This document shows, piece after piece, positions 1 through 7,101 of a DNA stretch of 30,532 bases. A model generated the notes under the pieces. It did no database searches, was not told the origin of the DNA, and worked only from the letters and a program-made list of their open reading frames with translations. The first letter of the stretch is position 1. Each line of letters starts with the position of its first letter. Location of the stretch: the NCBI GenBank assembly GCA_020427625.1, contig JAGQOI010000515.1, positions 1 to 30,532 of the forward strand. Direction: 5' to 3'. Source of the stretch: Phycisphaerales bacterium (GTDB taxonomy: Bacteria > Planctomycetota > Phycisphaerae > Phycisphaerales > SM1A02). A program made the translations under genes and the position numbers.

Positions 1-999
1 ATCAATACTGCGGGCGCCGACGAGATCTCGTTCCTCGCCAACGCGAAGTACACGCGATACCTCGCGACGACGACCGCGGCGGCGGTGATCGTCGGCCGCG
101 ACGTCGAGGCGCCGCCCGGGCTCTCCCTGCTCGTCGCCGAGGACCCCTACTACGCCTTCCGCAACGCGATGATCGTCCTCCACGACTTCCGGCCGCATCC
201 CACGCCGATGGACGCGGCCGTCGGGTCGATCTCGCCCGCGGCTCACGTGCATCCCGACGCGATCATCGACCCGGCGGCGATCATTCATCCCAACGCGACG
301 GTCGAGGCCGGCGCGTCGATCGGTTCGGGCACCGTCCTGTACCCGAACGTGTACGTCGGTCCGGAGGCGGTCATCGGGACCGGGTGCACGCTGTACCCGA
401 ACGTCACGATCTACGACCGCTGCCGTCTCGGCGACCGGGTCACCGTGCACGCGAGTTCGGTCATCGGGTGCGACGGGTTCGGGTACGCGACGCATGCCGG
501 GCGTCACCACAAGATTCCGCAGAACGGGATCGTGATCATCGAGGACGACGTCGAGATCGGAGCCGCGTGCGCGATCGAGCGGGCGGCGATGGGCGCGACG
601 GTGATCGGCGCGGGCACGAAGTTCGCGGATCTCATCTCGATCGGTCACGGCACGACGATCGGCGAGCACTGCCTGATCGTGTCGCTCGTCGGCGTCGCCG
701 GGTCGGTCGAGGTCGGCAAGTACGTCGCGCTCGGCGGTCAGGTCGGCGTGAGCGGGCACCTGCGGATCGGCGATTTCGTCCGGGCGGCCGGGAAGACGGC
801 GATCATTCAGGACGTGGCCGACGGCGAGCAGGTCGGCGGCATTCCGGCGGTGACGCTGGACCAGGCGAAGCGCAACGCGCTCGCCGGGATGGATCTCTAC
901 GGCATCGAACGTCGTCTGCGCAAGCTCGAGCGTGAGCTGGCGCGACGTTCGGCCTCCTCGAAGCGCGGCGGTGACGATGCCGCGGGAACGCACTCATGA
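1..999 (+). CDS. lpxD: UDP-3-O-(3-hydroxyacyl)glucosamine N-acyltransferase (5'-truncated by window edge)
   Basis: Frame 1 is open from base 1 (INTAGADEISFLANAKY, matching the LpxD N-terminal 'ISFL.N.KY' motif). Hexapeptide repeats, 'VIGCDGFGY', 'KIPQNGIVIIEDDVEIGA', conserved His in 'ISIGHGTTIG'. Stop overlaps the gcvT start (ATGA). Confidence 0.93.
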   Translation: MNTAGADEISFLANAKYTRYLATTTAAAVIVGRDVEAPPGLSLLVAEDPYYAFRNAMIVLHDFRPHPTPMDAAVGSISPAAHVHPDAIIDPAAIIHPNATVEAGASIGSGTVLYPNVYVGPEAVIGTGCTLYPNVTIYDRCRLGDRVTVHASSVIGCDGFGYATHAGRHHKIPQNGIVIIEDDVEIGAACAIERAAMGATVIGAGTKFADLISIGHGTTIGEHCLIVSLVGVAGSVEVGKYVALGGQVGVSGHLRIGDFVRAAGKTAIIQDVADGEQVGGIPAVTLDQAKRNALAGMDLYGIERRLRKLERELARRSASSKRGGDDAAGTHS

Positions 1000-2117
1000 C
1001 GACCACCCTCGCCCATACGCCCTTCTACGACTTCCACGTCTCGAATCACGGGAAGATGGTCGACTTCGCCGGCTGGGAGATGCCGCTGCACTACGGATCG
1101 ATCCTCGACGAGCATCACCAGGTGCGCACGAGCGGCGGCATGTTCGACGTGTCGCACATGGGTCGTCTGCGGTTCACCGGCAAGGACGCCTGTCGCTTCC
1201 TCGATCACGTGTGCACGCGACAGGTGGCGGGCATGACGGACGGGCAGGTGCGGTACTCGATCGTGTGCAACGACCAGGGCGGGTGTCGCGACGACGTGCT
1301 CGTGTACCGGATCGGCGACGCCGAGTACGTGATGGTGTGCAACGCGTCGAACCGGGAGAAGCTGCTCGGGCACTTCGATGCGGTGCGCGGCGGCATGGTC
1401 TTCAAGCTCGTCGACGAGACGGAGAAGACCGCGATGCTCGCCATCCAGGGCCCGAAGGTCATTCCGCTCCTCGCGGAGTTCTCGTCGAGCATCGGCACCC
1501 TGAAACGCTACCGCTTCATGCAGAAGAGCGTGCTCATCGCGAAGATCATGATCTCGCGGACCGGGTACACCGGCGAGGACGGCGTCGAGGTGATCCTCCC
1601 GGCGGCGTTCGCGAACAAGGCCATCGACATGATGCTCAAGAACGCCGACGGCGCCGACTCGACGGTGAAGCCGGCGGGACTCGGCGCCCGCGACAGCCTG
1701 CGCCTCGAGGCGGGCATGGCGCTCTACGGACACGAGATCACCGAGACGATCGACCCGGTCTCGGCCAACCTCATGTTCGCGATCAAACTCGACAAGGGCG
1801 ACGATGATCCCGCGATCGGACGGTTCATCGGACAGGAGGCGCTGCGGGAGATCGCGAAGAAGGGCCCGAAACGCACGCTGATCGGGTTCGAGGTCGAGGG
1901 ACGACGAGCCGCGCGGCAGGACATGAAGATCATGCAGGGCGAGCGCGAGGTCGGCGTCGTGACGAGCGGCTGCCTGAGCCCGACGCTCGACAAGAGCATC
2001 GCGATGGGCTATCTCGATGCCGCGCTCGCGACCCCGGGCACGGCGGTCACGATCGATCTCGGGCGCGCCGTCGCACCGGCGCGGACGGTGCCGCTCCCGT
2101 TCTACAAGTCGTCGTGA
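996..2117 (+). CDS. gcvT: Glycine cleavage system aminomethyltransferase T
   Basis: 'TPFYDFH...GKMVDFAGWEMPLHY', 'GMFDVSHMG', 'SRTGYTGEDGVE', 'GLGARDSLRLEAGMALYGHE', 'VTSGCLSPTL..SIAMGY'. Confidence 0.96.
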   Translation: MTTTLAHTPFYDFHVSNHGKMVDFAGWEMPLHYGSILDEHHQVRTSGGMFDVSHMGRLRFTGKDACRFLDHVCTRQVAGMTDGQVRYSIVCNDQGGCRDDVLVYRIGDAEYVMVCNASNREKLLGHFDAVRGGMVFKLVDETEKTAMLAIQGPKVIPLLAEFSSSIGTLKRYRFMQKSVLIAKIMISRTGYTGEDGVEVILPAAFANKAIDMMLKNADGADSTVKPAGLGARDSLRLEAGMALYGHEITETIDPVSANLMFAIKLDKGDDDPAIGRFIGQEALREIAKKGPKRTLIGFEVEGRRAARQDMKIMQGEREVGVVTSGCLSPTLDKSIAMGYLDAALATPGTAVTIDLGRAVAPARTVPLPFYKSS

Positions 2118-2148
2118 CGCCTCGTCGGCGCCACGAACGGCGACGGCG

Positions 2149-2835
2149 CTATGACGTGACGAGGCCGTCGAAGCCGGTGAGTCCGAGCGGCTCCTTCGTG
2201 AAGAAGGGTTCGCCGGCAGCGGTGCCGATGCGGCTGCCGAAGTAGGTGTTCGCGGCATCCACCCATTCGACGACGCGCCGGTTCTTCTCGGGCAGCACGA
2301 ACTGGGTGTGGTACGCGACGATGGCGTCGTGCTTGCGGGCCTCGAACCCGGTGATGTCCATCACGAAGCGCGGATCGGCGACCCAGCGCAGGTGCGTGCA
2401 GTAGTAGTAGAACAGCCAGCGCGGGTAGATCGGGTCGCCGGGCAGGTCGATCTTCGTGAGTTTCGCGTCGAACCGCGCGTCCTCGACGATCTTCGTCACG
2501 GCGATGTGGTCCGGATGCGCGTCCTGGAAGTACGGCGTGAACACGATCTCGGCGCGATGCTCGCGGATCACGCCCGCGACCTTGTGACGGGCCGCGATCG
2601 AATGCTCCACGAAGCGGTTGGGAAGATCGATGCCGACGCGTCGGACGCCGAGGATCTCCGCCGCCCGCGCGGCTTCGGCGGCGCGGGTGACGGGATCACC
2701 GTGCGGCGTCGGCTCGCCGTTCGTCATGTCGAGCAGGAGCACGTCGTGACCCTGGGCCGCGAGACGCGCGATCGTGCCGCCCATGCCGAGTTCCTGGTCA
2801 TCCGGATGCGGACCGACGACGAGTATCTGTGTCAT
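2149..2835 (-). CDS. PIG-L/LmbE family Zn-dependent deacetylase, BshB1-like
   Basis: 'GPHPDDQELGMGGT', 'DMTNGEPTPHG', 'DAHPDH', 'KHDAIVAYHTQF', 'GEPF'. Single domain, 228 aa. Confidence 0.85.
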   Translation of the reverse strand: MTQILVVGPHPDDQELGMGGTIARLAAQGHDVLLLDMTNGEPTPHGDPVTRAAEAARAAEILGVRRVGIDLPNRFVEHSIAARHKVAGVIREHRAEIVFTPYFQDAHPDHIAVTKIVEDARFDAKLTKIDLPGDPIYPRWLFYYYCTHLRWVADPRFVMDITGFEARKHDAIVAYHTQFVLPEKNRRVVEWVDAANTYFGSRIGTAAGEPFFTKEPLGLTGFDGLVTS

Positions 2836-2887
2836 GGTGAGACTGTAGCGAGGTCGCGCGAAGCGGGGCGCGCGGGGGCCGGGAAGC

Positions 2888-3400
2888 TCACGCCGTCTCG
2901 TCGCGCCGGCGCTCGTAGCGGATCACGGCCGGCTCCGAACCTTCGCCGATGAAGCGGAAGCCGCACTTCGCAAGGACGCCGATCGACGGCGCGAGTTCGG
3001 GCCGCGTCTCGGCGATGACGCGGGTGACCGACGCGTCGGCGAAGGCGCGGGCGATGAGCGCGCGGGTCGCCTCCGTCGCGTAGCCGCGCCGACGATGGGC
3101 GGGCAGCATGCTGTACCCGACCTCGACCGTGCCGCTCGCGTCCGGCGGGCCCTTGTACCCGGCGGTGCCGATGAGCGTGCCGTCGCACAGCACGTAGGAC
3201 ATCCACCAGTCGGGCGCGTCGGGATGGGCGCGGACCTGCGTGCGGGTCCATTCGAGGGCGCCTCGTTCGAGGAGTTCGGGCGGCCAGTCGTCGGGGACAT
3301 CGGCGTCGAGCGCGCGGGCGAGGTCGGCGCGGCCGCGCAGATCGGCGTCGAGCAGCGCGACGGTCGCGGGCACGAGAGTGAGACGTTCGGTGCGGATCAC
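2888..3400 (-). CDS. GNAT family N-acetyltransferase (RimJ/RimL-like)
   Basis: C-terminal part of track ORF 2888..4423. GTG start at 3400 overlaps the truA stop (GTGA). 'IRTERL', 'VEVGYSMLPAHRRRGYATEA', 'SIGVLAKCGF'. Confidence 0.85.
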   Translation of the reverse strand: MIRTERLTLVPATVALLDADLRGRADLARALDADVPDDWPPELLERGALEWTRTQVRAHPDAPDWWMSYVLCDGTLIGTAGYKGPPDASGTVEVGYSMLPAHRRRGYATEATRALIARAFADASVTRVIAETRPELAPSIGVLAKCGFRFIGEGSEPAVIRYERRRDETA

Positions 3401-4176
3401 GGCGTCGACCCGGGGTATTCGATCCACATGAGGCACAGGCCTTCGGGCGGGAGCGTGGAACCCGCGGCGGCGCGGCTCCTGGCGTCGAGGATGGTCCTGA
3501 CATGGTCGGGCGCGTGTCGTCCGCGTCCGACGTCGACGAGCGTGCCGGCGACGATGCGGACCATGTTGTAGAGGAAGCCGCTGCCGCTGATCTCGATGCG
3601 ACAGCGATGGTCGTGCTCGGCGGTGACGGTGCAGGCGTGCACGGTGCGGACGGTGGATTCGCGTCCGTGATTGACGCGGGTGAAGGACGCGAAGTCGTGT
3701 TCGCCGACGAGGTGTTGCGCGGCCGCGTGCATGGCGTCGACATCGAGCGGGTACGGCGTCCAGTACGAGAAGTGTCGATCGAACAGGGGCGGGAGGAGGC
3801 CGTCGCGTCGACTGTGGGCGATGGCGTAGCGGTAGCCCTTGGAGACGGCGTCGGAGATGGGGCTGAAGCGTTCGTCGACGAGTTCGATGGCGCGGACCTG
3901 GAGGTCGTCGGGCAGGCGCGAGTTGAGGGCGGCGGCGAGTCGGGGGAGTTCCCAGTCGCGCTCGATGGTGAAGGCGGCGACCTGTCCCTCCGCGTGCACG
4001 CCGGAGTCGGTGCGGGAGGCGCCGACGACGCGGACGTTCTCGCGGCAGACGTGACGGGCGGTCTCCTGGAGCACGAGCTGCACGGTGCGCAGCTCGCCTT
4101 TGACGGCGTCGTGCTGCATCTGCCAGCCGTGGAAGTCGGTGCCGTCGTAGGCGATGGTGAGCTTGTAGCGGGGCAT
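3397..4176 (-). CDS. truA: tRNA pseudouridine(38-40) synthase
   Basis: Real start is ATG at 4176 inside track ORF 3397..5721. 'YKLTIAYDGTDFHGWQ', 'GASRTDSGVHAEGQV', 'GEHDFASF', 'GSGFLYNMVRIVAG', 'PPEGLCL'. Confidence 0.96.
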   Translation of the reverse strand: MPRYKLTIAYDGTDFHGWQMQHDAVKGELRTVQLVLQETARHVCRENVRVVGASRTDSGVHAEGQVAAFTIERDWELPRLAAALNSRLPDDLQVRAIELVDERFSPISDAVSKGYRYAIAHSRRDGLLPPLFDRHFSYWTPYPLDVDAMHAAAQHLVGEHDFASFTRVNHGRESTVRTVHACTVTAEHDHRCRIEISGSGFLYNMVRIVAGTLVDVGRGRHAPDHVRTILDARSRAAAGSTLPPEGLCLMWIEYPGSTP

Positions 4177-4193
4177 GGCGGATCGGGAATCGG

Positions 4194-4538
4194 TCAGGAC
4201 CGGGCATCGGCGGGCGCGATGTAGCCGCACTCGGGACATCGTCCGGTCTCGGCGACGGAGAGGTCGTATCCGCAGCGGAGGCATTGCGGCGTCGAGACGG
4301 GGGTGAGCCAGCGGGCGACGGCGCGTCCGAAGAACGCGAGCAGCAGGCCGAATGCGCCGAAGATGACCGGCTGCGCGAGGACGAGGATGACCGAGATCGT
4401 CGGCACCCGTCCGCGCACGCCACCCACTTCGAGGACGGCGAGGAACGAGCGGTAGACGGCGTAGAGGACGAGGAGCAGGGCGATGGTTCGGACGCAGATG
4501 AGGGCGCGTTCGCGTCGGAGGGTCCATCGGTCGGCCAT
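4194..4538 (-). CDS. Small membrane protein with C-terminal zinc ribbon
   Basis: Two hydrophobic segments followed by 'CLRCGYDLS...CPECG'. Co-oriented within the operon. Confidence 0.65.
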   Translation of the reverse strand: MADRWTLRRERALICVRTIALLLVLYAVYRSFLAVLEVGGVRGRVPTISVILVLAQPVIFGAFGLLLAFFGRAVARWLTPVSTPQCLRCGYDLSVAETGRCPECGYIAPADARS

Positions 4539-4553
4539 GGTTCGACTCCGGGA

Positions 4554-5690
4554 TCAGTATCCGAACAGATTGGGTTGCGCGAACATGCCGGCCTCTTCGA
4601 AGTAGGTGAGCGCCTCGTCGACGGACGCGAAGATCTTCGTCGCGGTCTCGGTGATGAACGGGCTGGGGTTCTTCTTCGGCTTCCAGACGACGTAGACTTC
4701 CTTGGTGTGTTCCCAGGCGTGCTGGAGTTCGCGCTCGACGCCGCTGGAGAGTCCGGGGATGCCGCCGGGGAGTTCGGGGATGAGCGAGCAGATCATGTCG
4801 GCCTGGTCGATGAGCTTGAAGTCGCGCATGTAGATCTGGCCGTCGATGTCGCCGGCGATGTCGATGATCTCGCGGACGGCGACGCGGATGGGGCGCGTGT
4901 CGCCGGAGCGTCCGCCGAAGGCGTGGGGCTGGACGTCGATGAAGTCGCGTCCCTCGCGGGCGGCGGCGATGCCTCGCTCGAGGAGGAGCTTCTCGTCGAC
5001 GTCGCCGGGATCGAACGCGATGAAGTGCTTGGCGAGTTCGGCGCGGAAGTGGTCGATCTCGGCGAGGACGTCGGGCATGTCGACGACGTGGCTCATGGGG
5101 AAGGACGGGTAGACCTTGCGCATCTCGGGTCGGGTGAGCATCCGGTAGCAGGTCTCGACGGACTCGCGCTGTCGTCCGCGGCTGAGGATGTAGAAGCTGT
5201 TCGGGCAGCCCATGGCCTGGGCGAGCAGTTCGGTCGCGAGGATCTCCTCTTCGCGCCAGACCATGCAGTCCTTGAGGGTCGCGTCGATGTCGTGTTCGTC
5301 GTGCAGGCGCTGGTGGACGACCTCGATGTTGTCGACGAGGCAGATGAACATGTTCGCCTGGAGCTTCTGCATCTGGTCGAAGTCGAAGGCGCTGAAAAGG
5401 CCGTGGCGCCAGCGGAACGTCGCGTGCGTGTTGACGGCGATGTTGGGATGGTCGGCGACGGGATGACTCTCGGCGATGATGTCCTTGAAGGCGGCGCGTC
5501 GGAGGGAGTTGAGCCGGCTGAGGGGCAGATCGAGGATGCGGCCGGGTCGGACGTCGGCGCCTTCGCGGTACATCATGTTGCCGACGTGGAAGATGTCGAC
5601 GTGCACGCCCCGCTCGCCGGCCATGGTCGCGACGGCGTTGAGGTACGGCTTCTTGTCCATCCCGATCTGACCGGTGATGACGGCGCGCAT
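4554..5690 (-). CDS. Two-domain protein: archaeal-type adenylate-kinase-like P-loop domain plus nucleoside 2-deoxyribosyltransferase-like domain
   Basis: ATG at 5690. N-terminal 'VITGQIGMDK', 'HVGNMM' and 'IAVNTHAT' parallel archaeal AdkA 'VVTGVPGVG', 'NFGTVM' and 'VIVDTHST'. C-terminal 'KVYPSFP...RDFKLIDQADMI...SSGVERELQHAWEHTKEV' parallels the NDT/DNPH1 fold. Confidence 0.65.
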   Translation of the reverse strand: MRAVITGQIGMDKKPYLNAVATMAGERGVHVDIFHVGNMMYREGADVRPGRILDLPLSRLNSLRRAAFKDIIAESHPVADHPNIAVNTHATFRWRHGLFSAFDFDQMQKLQANMFICLVDNIEVVHQRLHDEHDIDATLKDCMVWREEEILATELLAQAMGCPNSFYILSRGRQRESVETCYRMLTRPEMRKVYPSFPMSHVVDMPDVLAEIDHFRAELAKHFIAFDPGDVDEKLLLERGIAAAREGRDFIDVQPHAFGGRSGDTRPIRVAVREIIDIAGDIDGQIYMRDFKLIDQADMICSLIPELPGGIPGLSSGVERELQHAWEHTKEVYVVWKPKKNPSPFITETATKIFASVDEALTYFEEAGMFAQPNLFGY

Positions 5691-5754
5691 GGGCGGATCT
5701 CCTGGGTTCCCGGGCGACCAAGGGTACCCGGAGGCGACGGACCTGACGAATGGA

Positions 5755-6726
5755 TCAGGTCGCGGGATCGTCCGCGGGCCCGATCGCTTCGCGCAGCAGT
5801 CCGAGGAGTCCGACGGTGATGTCGAAGAACTCCGGCGCTCGGCGCGACGCGGTCGCGCTGCCGCCGTGGGCGAGGTCGAAGACGACGCCGCCCGGATGGA
5901 AGGAGACGTCGACGATCTCGTCCCACGGCACCATGATCGCGTCGTCGCCGATGATCGCGTCGTCGTCGTCGTCGGGGTCGATGATGAGACCGTCGGCACA
6001 GACGGCGAAGCCGGTCGTGTCGTCGGACCCGGGCCATTCGCCGGCGGCGGCGAAGACGATCGAGATCGGCGCCGGCACGAGCATCGCGCCGACGAGGCTC
6101 ACGAGGCCGCGCCCGAGCCGCCGGGGCCCGAACCCGTCCGCGGCCGTCGCGGGCAGGCGGACGATGACTTCGGTCCGGAGGCGTGTCCGCAGGCGGGCGG
6201 CGCGACCGGGACACATCGCGACGATGATCGCATCGTACAGCTCGAGATCCGGGCGGACGGGCGGCAGGTGGATGGCGCGGCCACGCCGCGGGCGCACGCG
6301 CACGTGCGCGTCGGGGTACGTGAGCTGGACGTCGGCGATGTCGTCCCAGGGGATGGTGCGGGTGCGTCCGATCGTGGCGAGCACGAGCGCGTGTTCGTGC
6401 AGCCGGATGCGCGTGAGCAGGTCGCGCAGCAGGAGTCGCCCGACGAGCTGGGCGGCGACGATGGCGCCGGTGATCGCGCCGACGAGGACGGGCACGTCGG
6501 AGGATGCGGCGGCGTGCCCGAAGAGCATGGCGACGAGCATGCCGATGCCGCCGCCCGCCATGGCGCAGGCGATGGTCAGGACGGCGGTGACGGCGAGGTA
6601 GAGCGTGCCGATGCGCAGTCGGTTGAACGTCGACCGCCGCAGTTCGACGAGGAGCGGCCCGGGGTCCGGCGCGGCATCGAGGGCGGGATGCGTCAGCGCG
6701 TCGGGATCGGGGGTGAAGTCGGACAT
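5755..6726 (-). CDS. Hypothetical membrane protein with two putative bacterial PH-like domains
   Basis: Hydrophobic pairs each followed by 'RIRLHEHAL...TIPWDDIADV' and 'FAVCADGL...MVPWDEIVDV'. Start uncertain (6726 or 6765). Confidence 0.55.
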   Translation of the reverse strand: MSDFTPDPDALTHPALDAAPDPGPLLVELRRSTFNRLRIGTLYLAVTAVLTIACAMAGGGIGMLVAMLFGHAAASSDVPVLVGAITGAIVAAQLVGRLLLRDLLTRIRLHEHALVLATIGRTRTIPWDDIADVQLTYPDAHVRVRPRRGRAIHLPPVRPDLELYDAIIVAMCPGRAARLRTRLRTEVIVRLPATAADGFGPRRLGRGLVSLVGAMLVPAPISIVFAAAGEWPGSDDTTGFAVCADGLIIDPDDDDDAIIGDDAIMVPWDEIVDVSFHPGGVVFDLAHGGSATASRRAPEFFDITVGLLGLLREAIGPADDPAT

Positions 6727-6860
6727 GGCGGGTGGGATGGAGAGCGGGGGCATGTCCGGAAGCACACCAGAAGGGTAGGCCGCGGCGACGCGAGGCGGGA
6801 TCGCCGAGTTGGGACAGTTCCCGGGACAGTTCCCGGGACAGGTCCCGGAACTGTCCCAGA

Positions 6861-6869
6861 TGTGGATAA
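6861..6869 (-). promoter_or_regulatory. Consensus DnaA box (TTATCCACA on - strand)
   Basis: + strand reads TGTGGATAA. Sequence match only; function not shown. Confidence 0.45.
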
Positions 6870-7011
6870 CTCAGTTTGGGACAGTTCCCGGAACTGTCCC
6901 AAGTCCAGTCTCGACGACATCGGGCGCACCGCGATGGACCTGGTCGTGGGCCGGCGACCTGCCACCCGCGTGCCGAACTCGCGTTGGGACAGGTCCCGGA
7001 ACTGTCCCAAT

Positions 7012-7020
7012 TGTGGATAA
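7012..7020 (-). promoter_or_regulatory. Consensus DnaA box (TTATCCACA on - strand)
   Basis: Second TGTGGATAA, at the same position in the second repeat unit. Sequence match only. Confidence 0.45.
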
Positions 7021-7101
7021 CTCGGTTTGGGACAGTTCCGGGAACTGTCCCAAATGCCGTCCCGACGTGGTCGGGGCGGGCGCCGTGGCGGGAACGGACG
7101 A

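Larger units (their letters stand above)
6809..7054. repeat. Intergenic REP/MITE-like palindromic element with two 68-bp direct repeats
   Basis: Ten GGGACAG/CTGTCCC half-sites. 12-mer GGGACAG(T/G)TCCC x3 at 6811-6846. Perfect 13-bp-arm palindrome at 6876-6902 and 14-bp-arm palindrome at 7026-7054. Direct repeats 6835-6902 and 6986-7053 differ at 4 positions. Confidence 0.9.

Noticed and set aside
2118-2148. Bidirectional terminator between gcvT and the deacetylase
   Set aside because: Only an imperfect GC stem and no U-tract; likely by chance at this GC content.
5698-5743. Hairpin or riboswitch upstream of the kinase/NDT fusion
   Set aside because: A single imperfect stem with no recognisable aptamer motif.
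2888-5999. Long track ORFs (2888..4423, 3397..5721, 4554..5999) read as giant fusions
   Set aside because: The N-terminal extensions are Arg/Pro-rich off-frame readings of neighbouring genes. Real starts at 3400, 4176 and 5690 give clean operon junctions.
6809-7054. CRISPR array
   Set aside because: Only two 68-bp units around one 83-bp segment, internal tandem 12-mers, and no cas genes in the window.
6809-7054. Replication origin (oriC)
   Set aside because: Only two DnaA boxes, no AT-rich unwinding element, and no dnaA/dnaN or other origin-linked genes nearby.
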